Assembly: GCF_009914755.1 (NCBI RefSeq)
Contig: NC_060933.1
From: the human T2T-CHM13v2.0 reference genome, Homo sapiens
DNA: 64,000 nucleotides
Direction: 5' to 3' (one strand)
The number at the start of each line of letters is the position of its first letter. Position 1 is the stretch's first letter. The notes under the pieces are model-generated. The model worked only from the letters and a program-made list of their open reading frames with translations, had not been told where the DNA came from and searched no databases. Positions 55,169-64,000 of this stretch are shown in pieces. Both the position numbers and the translations under genes were made by a program.

Positions 55169-57879
55169 ATTTACAGATCTTTCCAAATAACTGATCTATG
55201 GACTAAACAGTCATCAGGAAAAAAAAAAAAAAAAGCTAGTACATCATACTTCTGTATTGTCAAAACCATGAAGAGAAAATTTCAAATTTGTGCAAAACAG
55301 TTCTTTTGTTCTCAATGTTAAAATTTCTGGGTCTTAAGCCAGTAAGTTTAATTTTGAGAAGCAGAGCACCAGGAAGGGGAGTGGGGGGATGGCGGAGAAA
55401 GAAAGCAATAGAACACATTAATGGTAAGTTCTCAACAACCAGAAAGTTTATATCAATCCTCTGAAGTGTGAGGACATAGAATAAAGTCATATATGTTTAA
55501 AATCTATGCGTTATGTTTAATATATTAAATGCAAAATATAGATTTTCAGTGGGATCTCATCTACATAAAAATATAATGTGAAATACTGACAGAGGTTATA
55601 GTCACCAGAAAGATTACAATGACTTATTTTCTTCTTTTTTGCTTTTCTAGATGTCCACACTTTCTAAAATTAACACATACTTATTTCAAAATCAGGGAAA
55701 ATGTTAGATTCCTTCTTGAAACTAAAATATGTTCTTTCTGGTAGAACATTATTATTATGTCAAATCCTTGTAATGGAAACCTTTTACTTTCACCATTCCA
55801 GATAACAGAAAATTATGGTTTAACCAAAAATATAATAAATCTGCAGAAAAAAAGTCATGTCAATAAATAAACTAATTATCTGCTGACTACTTAACTATGT
55901 ACCAGATAGCATTTAATAATCTCAAATGGGAGAAAGGAGATATTATGCTTATTTTAGATTTATACAAACCTAAGCCCAAGGTAAATTAGCAGCAGATCCT
56001 ACAATTGAATTTGTGCCTTCAGATATCAAATCAAACATTCTTTCTGTTATACCATGGCTATATCCCCTGTGGTAATGAAGGTTTTTATATTAAGCCACCT
56101 ACCATCTATCCTCAACCCCTGAAAATGAACCACATATGCCTACTTCGAGTCTCAGACATTTGTTTCTTAAAGTGTTACCTTCAGATCCTGATTATTGTCA
56201 GGTTTTCTTACAACTCATGGAACAAGAAAACAGGCAGAAAACAAAATGTTAATCATAGCCCCCGTTCTCCTCCTCAATTTCCCCTAAAATTGTTTTCACT
56301 TAATATTATAGAGTATGAAACTCAAAAATATCTGGTGGGGACAGTCAAAATAGGCATCTGCACTCACAGACAACTCCCTTACCATCCTAGAAGAGAATGA
56401 ACTCAGACAAAGTATTAGATACACTTTGTATGCATCCTTGAAACAAGTACATAAAGAGCTAGTACCTAAGCAAAGACGAAATAGAGAAACAGAATCAACA
56501 GTTTTCAACTGCAATATTTTTGTATTTAAACAGAGAAACAATTATTTCTTAATCTGAAACTTCTCCCAACATTCACATCCTTTCATATTTTTCCTTTTCT
56601 GTTCATTTCTTATTTTCTTGGCTTTTTGTGCAATTGGGGACAGGAGGTAGTAGCAGGATTAAGTGACAACTTTAAGATATCACAGCATTTCCTTTCAAAA
56701 CTAAATTACGGTTACTATATTAAGAGTTTCGTACATACAGTCAGCTAAACTGCTACTTCGGGGAGGTCTGCAGAAAGAAATGGGGCACACCTTCCAATAC
56801 TGACAACTAAACACTCAAAACAACTTTTCTTAGTACACATTCTAGGAACATCTCCCTCTCTCCTCTGTTTTTCTTTCAGTCTTTGCTTAGTTTATGCAGT
56901 AATGGCGTTTGAGCTTTCAGCAGAGTGGAAAGTTTGCTCCTGTTTTTTTCCTTGTCACTTAAAAGGTAAACAGGTAGTTGGGAAGGAAGGAACAAATGAA
57001 GACACGAAAGTTGTTTTATCACACAGATTTTTCTGGTACCTATTTTCAAAAGTCTGTAACTGCCCTGCAATCAACGTGTGTGACTTTAAGAAGACATTAA
57101 ATCATAAAACCACTAAATAGGTTGAGTGACATAAATAACTTTGTACTGTCATGACCATGCTTTCCCTGAAATAATTTATGAGATCGACATTACATTTGGA
57201 ATTAAGGCTCACAATTTTGACTTTCTACTTAACATTTATATGTATGTTCCACTTTCATAACTTAATTTTCCAGAGTTTGTGGGGGGAGGTGGCCGACAAG
57301 GTTATAGAAAGAAGGAGAAAATGCCAAATATGACAGAAAATTAGCTTCTAAGAAATAACCACACAAATGAAGCAGCCTGCTTCGTCTTACATTTATTTAA
57401 ATAAACCACCTTTTATCAGTGCCAGTAAAAAAGCAGCAGCATTCTTTTATCGTTTGAAGTGACAATTACAGAATTATATATATCAGAAAATAATCAAAAA
57501 GGTACTTATTCCAAAACAAATATCCAAAAATCCAATGAAGCTGCCCAGTGACAGCCACTAAAATAATCTTCTCTGTATTATTTTCTTTGAGTCATTTTTA
57601 AAATAAGCAGCCAGCTATCCATCTCTAGGCACTGTCTAGATGAGTTTGCCACAAAAGCCACTTATATTTTTAGAAGCCAAAGTCTTGACAAATCAGTTCC
57701 TAAGAACATAATTTGTTACACATCGAAGAAAGCCTGAAAACACAGACCTTGGTTAAAGAGGCTTCCGTATCTTTTTGTAACCTTTCCAAATGTAAGTATG
57801 TGGGAAGAGTACCCATAAATTTAAGTTGAAACTGAAACACTTAGAATATTTCCAATTTAAAATACATTAAAATGTGGTC

Positions 57880-58260
57880 TTTGAAAGGAAATGAAAATGG
57901 CTTTTTAAGCATATGAAAAGTTGCTCACCATCACTCATGAGAGAAATGTGAATTACAAATGAGATGCCATTTTTCATCCATCAGATTGGGGGAGAGGGTA
58001 GTTTAATAAATCATCCTGTGGAGAAAAAGGCACTCACGTACTATTTGGTGCAGGCATAGAGTAGTATAACCTCTTTGGCAGGAAATGTGTAGATGTCTAC
58101 CAAAATTTAAATTTCACTTTGCCTTGGACCCACAATTCTACTCTAAGGAATTTATCCTACGGACATATCCATGTGCACAAAGAACTATGTATGAGTTTAT
58201 TTACTACAGTATTACTGGTGTCCTAGAGGAAAACCTAACTGTATGTCATGATGCACTGTG
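57880..58260 (+). mobile_element. Old L1ME-type 3' fragment
   Basis: aagcatatgaaaagttgctcaccatcactc...aatgagatgccattttt...ttggacccacaattctactctaaggaatttatcct. Confidence 0.65.
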
Positions 58261-58873
58261 TGTATATTTACCTATTCAAAAAAATTAAAATTTGAAGAGA
58301 AGAGATTGTGATCCATACAGTTGAGAAATTAGAAGTGTTCTCAACTCCCCTACAAAGGAAACACTAAACCACCCTACACAAGATTCATTCCAAATCCTTG
58401 TAATAAAATGCTGTGTTCAGATGGCTTGACACAGCTGCATTACTGAAAGCTCCTTATCCTAAGATCCTTTTGGCCCTTTAATAAGCAAAACCCCTCGCTG
58501 GAGGTCCACTGTGGACCTGAATTTCACTTGACAATAAGCAGCATTTCAGAAAGATTCCAATTTATTCCTTGTGAAAACAGATCATATATAAATGTAACTG
58601 TCACTCTCAGAAACAGGACTGCATTATGCTGCAGATTTAATACAGACTGGAAGCATGTTCCCCATGTCTTCTCCAGCAAATCTTGCCAAATGGGCGTCTG
58701 AAATGTCCTACTGAAACAGGTGGTGTCTGAACAGAATTGGATTTCTGCCTATAGAAACCCTAGTTTTAACAACTGCTGTGGTTAGTTTTAATTTTCAGTC
58801 CTCAAAATTAACTGCTTGCCAGTGATTCAGAAATAGGACTGAACAACATGTTTAGACTTTGCCCTGTTTAATT

Positions 58874-58938
58874 GAGGAAAGGAAGGAAGGAAGGAGGGAG
58901 GGAGAGAAGGAAAGAGGGAGGGAAGGAAGAAAGAAAGG
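58874..58938 (+). repeat. Polypurine (GGAA/GGAG)n low-complexity tract
   Basis: 65 nt containing only A and G. Confidence 0.9.
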
Positions 58939-60374
58939 CAGCAGGAACAAACAAACACCCAACACCCTACCACCATCCCATAAAAAACAACAGAACCAAA
59001 GCAGGCCATTTGGTTTCCAGGCCAAAAAAAGAAAAAAGAAACTGCAAAATAAACTTGATTTTCCAAAGATGCTTGCCTATTTTGTGCTTTCTTCGTAGAA
59101 GCACAAGGATCCAACTACCTTGCTGGTCATATATGTGAACTCTTCTAAGGAAACACACAGCCTTGAGAAGCCTTTAATCCGCTAAAAATTCAGAATTAAG
59201 AACAATGTTAAGAATCCATTTTTCTAATGAAAAGTTACATCTTACAAAATAATATTCCGAGCCCTTTACACAAGCAAAATACAAACAAGCACTTCATACA
59301 AGCAAAATACAAACAGAGTGCCAACACCTTGAAGGAAGAAACCACGGGCTAATCTTTAAACACAACACAGATCTATCAATGCGCTGGTTACACTAACTTG
59401 GTGGTAAACATGTTTTCCTGTGAATAAATATTGAGTAGCTTACACTGAATAGCAAATCTTTTTCACCATACCTTTAAGTGTCTGATATAAAGATGGTTAA
59501 GCATCTGCTGATATTCTAAACTAGTAACTGAGGGGAAAAGAACTAAGGTACTGGGTATCTACTATGTGCCATACACCATGGTTACACGTTCCCTATGAGG
59601 AAAACACTGCCATATCCGTTTCACAGCTAATAAACTGAGATGCAAAAAGATGCAATGGTTTTTCCCAGGGTTACCCAGCTTGAAGATGATAAAGGTTTTA
59701 TCTAAACCAGCTTGAATTTAAAACTTTTCCAATTGTATCACACTTCTTTCCAACCAGAAATTCAGAAAAACAAGTTAGTAGAATAATAAATTTTAGTTCC
59801 CCAATATACAATATCTAATATACAGTATATGTTTACTTTGCCAACACCCCAAAGAAAAGCTCATCTTCTTTCATCTATCTTATAGTAATAGATGACAAAC
59901 TCTTCTGCAATGTTTTCAGTATGACTGAATTCCAACTACTAAAAAGTGATAAGGGAATAGAGAGAAAATTATCTGTCGTGATCATAAGCCTTTTAATCTT
60001 AACATCCTAATGAGCACAATTTGAGAATCACTGATCCAAAAGTGATCAATCAGTTCATTCTTTAAAAATGGGAAATAAATAGAAATATCTCAGCAAATAG
60101 GGAGGTGCTTCTCCACAGAGTACACTTGGTCCTTTTGCTTAAAATTAAAAGACATATTATGTTTGTTCTTGCCCTCAAAAGTTTACTGCTCACTGCTCTC
60201 TTCCCTCTACCAATCAAAGAATAAAGATCTCAAAGGAAATATCCTCCCTTAATATAATAACATACAAAAATTTATATAATAAATATGAATAATAATTTTT
60301 AAAGTAAGTTCTCAAGTTGTTCTTTCTCATTTCATAACCCCTACCCTCTTTCTCTTACTTAAAGCCTTACAAGG

Positions 60375-60889
<515 letters not shown>

Positions 60890-63800
60890 GTTCGTCGGGC
60901 TAGATCTTAAATCAAATCCACAATTTCCCCAGCAAGCTCCCATGAGCTGTCTAATTTAGAGGAAACTACTTTCACGGTCCTATAAAGTAAATCACTCTGT
61001 ATTCAATACTCTCAGAAAATAATGTTTGAATCTAAATGTGCCCTGCCCACAATACTTCTTCTTTTATAACAAGAATATACTTAATATTAGGGAGCCATGT
61101 CACAGAAAAACACAGGGTATATTTCTTCCAAGAGGGACATACACCAAGTTTTGAGACTATTTAGGAAATAGTATGACATTGAAATTAAAAACAAAATCCA
61201 GTGAAAAAAACAGAATGTTATTGACCCCTCTCCCAAAAAAGTTGTTATAGGCTTATAGATTATGAAGTAGAAAAAATCTGCAGTTTTTCAAGATTCTCTG
61301 GCAAAAAGTTCTTTGGAATTATTTTCTTCTAAGAGCTGAAAAACATTTTTTCCAAGATGCTCCCAGCTCTAAAAACAACCTTTCTGATCTCTTGAAAAGC
61401 AACACTCAACTTTTAGTAGCTCTATGTACTTTTAGTTTAAAAGAAAATAATAAAAGAGAAGGAACCATAGCCAAACACTAAGTTTACTCCACCCATGCCT
61501 TAACTTATATATTAAGATGAGAAGAGAGGTTCAATTATTTTTTCCTTTTAAGGTAGAATATATACATCTATGTCAACACATAATTTTTAAGTATGAGGAG
61601 GAAAGTATCCTCTCTCCCACCACAAAACCCAGGCCAAAAAATAAGAAGAAGAAGAAGTTTATCTGAAGACATAATCGTGAACTCATTTCTCATTAAATCA
61701 GAATGGCTCATAAGTTAGTAACACCATGATAGGCTGCATTAATACTAAGATAAGACAAATGGTTAAAGCCAGGTATCAATAATATAAGGCAGTCAAAAAT
61801 CTAGGTAAGCCAAAAGATGTTTATTAGTCTACTGATTTTTTTTACATTTCTATAGAAGTTTATTTTAATCTTCCCATATGAAATAGACAGAATCTGTGGA
61901 ATTATTATGATTTTTAATGAATTTTTAAATGCTTATTTTACTACAAAATTCACTGTGATTAGTCCCTTAAGTAACTTGTAATATTTCAAACAGCATATGC
62001 CTGGAATAGTTCACATTTCAACTTATTATTTTAGAGTTGTCAAGACACAATCTAATTCTAATAGGAAAATATCTGCTGGCTTCAAACAGCACTTAAACAC
62101 AAAGAAGGAAAGTTAGAAGTCAAGAAGAATCATTCTGAGATAAAGGCTGAGTAGAGCACAAGATGAGAAATCAACTAGAGACCTTATCAGGATGCAGTGC
62201 TGCACTTTGCTGCATTATCACTGACTGTAACCTCTCTTCCAGCTCACAGGCAACCCTCGACTTCTCTGGGACTAAGTGGTTGCTTTAAAAAGTTCTTGTG
62301 TCATATTTACGTTTTCCTACGACCCTTATCAGAAGCATGACGTACTAAAGTTACATAATTTGCACTCTCCAATTTACCCACCCAACTACACAACCCAAGA
62401 GAGATAATCAGAAATGTAAAATGCCGAATTCATTAAAAAAATGAGATTGATGAGGATTTTAAATGGACCAGTTAGTTGATTGTTAATGGCATAGCCATAG
62501 GTAAATGGCATCAAAACTATACTCCTGATAACTATAAAAGGAGTAAAACAGAGTTACTTTTCCAAACAACTTCTTTAATAAAATTATAATAAGTTCCTAA
62601 TTTTAAAATAAGTTGTGTTACAAAAATAAATACATTTCTTCATGAAGCTGTATTTCTCCCATAGAATACTCTAAGTGGCATTTCATTTCCAAAGCTGGCT
62701 CAATACCCACTTAAACCATAATCTATTGACATATATATGATAAGGAATGAAATATGGTAAAAGTACTTGCAATGCTTCAAATGCATATTCATAATTCAAG
62801 TAAAAGGACAGCAGCCTAGCAAAACAGAACTCAAAAAATGGGGTCCACATCACCCAGAATAGTCACACAATTATATACATGGGCAACTTTCTCATAATAG
62901 GAACAATAGCTTTTCTTAGGTTCTCAAAGTGGTTGTTCATGTATCCAATAAAGAAAACTGTGCCACAAAAAAACCACCTGCTTCCTACAAAGCCCTCAGG
63001 TAGAGTTTATCAGTGATATAAGGCATCTTGATGGGTTATGGTCTACAAATGCATATAGAAAATAACTTCATAAATAGAAAACTGCACAAAAACCTTCCAG
63101 AGAAACTAAGTGAAGATGATCCTGGAGAAAAGAACACATCTCAAAATAGATGGGGTGTGAAGTGCCCACATAATATGACACATAAGTTCATGTGCAGTAG
63201 GAGCTGATGATCCCAGTGACACTCATTGTCAAATAGATTTTGACCAATCAATAGTGTTTGTACAGCTGACCCAGCTTCAGAAGCAAACACACCAAATGTT
63301 TATGTTTCCAAGAGGTACCACTTAAAATTCTTTCCCATACTAGTCAAATCACAAGGGCAAAAGTTTACAACACTTTTGCTACCATTACTTTAAAAAGGAA
63401 AATCCATCTTTTATCAACATAAAATTCAAACAAACAAAAATGTCTATTTAAATGACCCAAACATGTAGTATGAGTGAAGATACCTTTTTTAATAATTGTG
63501 ATCAAGAAAATTTGGATTTCTTTTTATATAATTTTTAATGTGACTTGCAACTTAACCCAAAAGTTTCTATAACTGATATAACACAGTTCAAATATTATTC
63601 TTTTCTTAAATGAGAGTTTATTGCTTGTTTGTTTTGGGGTTTTGTCATAATTAAATTTGAGCTGCATAGATCTTAAGGCTGTTTTAATAAATAGTGTAAT
63701 TTCAAACTTAAGCCTATCTAAAATATTATTGTCTACCTGTTCATCTCAACACATGAATCCACAGCTAAGCCATTAAGGTACATCATTTCTTTTACCTCTC

Positions 63801-63906
63801 CCAAAACCTTATACTTTTTAACACATGAGGAACTAGTTTGTTTGTTTTTTTTTTTGTTGTTGTTGTTTTTTAATAGGAATGCTTTTCACAAGAGAGTGCC
63901 ACTTAC

Positions 63907-64000
63907 CCCTCCTGCCTTCAGCAACTTTCTCCTAAAGTCCTCTGTGGGGTTGTTGAAAGTTAGCTTTTCACAGCGGAGGTGATTCACTGGTGGATGGCCT
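63907..64000 (-). CDS. MLLT3: MLLT3/AF9 exon 4, 3' part (truncated by the window end), encoding [31 protein letters not shown], the C-terminal end of the YEATS domain
   Basis: Manual translation of the reverse complement. Donor GGAGGG|gtaagt at 63906-63901 is phase 0 and joins in frame to GAC (Asp) at 30209, giving ...KAGG-DPNRS... Confidence 0.96.

Noticed and set aside
58827-59158. Four overlapping ORFs and a GGAA tract
   Set aside because: The ORFs arise from stop-poor low-complexity purine sequence. The pure GGAA run is only about 3 units, too short to call a GGAA-microsatellite enhancer.

Overview
Human (primate) genomic DNA: AT-rich, CpG-poor and dense in Alu, L1, MIR, L2 and MER elements. 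The whole window lies inside MLLT3 (AF9), which is transcribed on the minus strand. Two coding exons are visible. One is the 3' part of the exon that ends the YEATS domain (63907-64000, cut by the window edge and absent from the ORF track). The other is the 705-bp phase-0/phase-0 poly-serine exon (29505-30209, canonical exon 5, about aa 141-375). The rest is intron 4 (30210-63906) and the 5' part of intron 5 (1-29504), the intron in which many KMT2A(MLL)::MLLT3 breakpoints fall. Also present: the MIR4473 hairpin (26931-27022, minus), a 3'-truncated U4 snRNA retrocopy with a target-site duplication (TSD), and a 3-copy tandem repeat with growing (AT)n spacers. Almost all other ORFs in the track are Alu-derived or chance ORFs. 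I found no prokaryote-style system. The leads most worth testing are: a possible stop-free exon-5 circle; AGT interruptions that put stop codons in the polyQ frame of the CAG tract; a local inverted duplication of a deleted Alu arm; a CCAAT-CCAAT-TATA-octamer antisense promoter-like cassette; and a 45-bp TSD-flanked micro-insertion of unknown origin. Repeat family calls are by eye and their boundaries are approximate.
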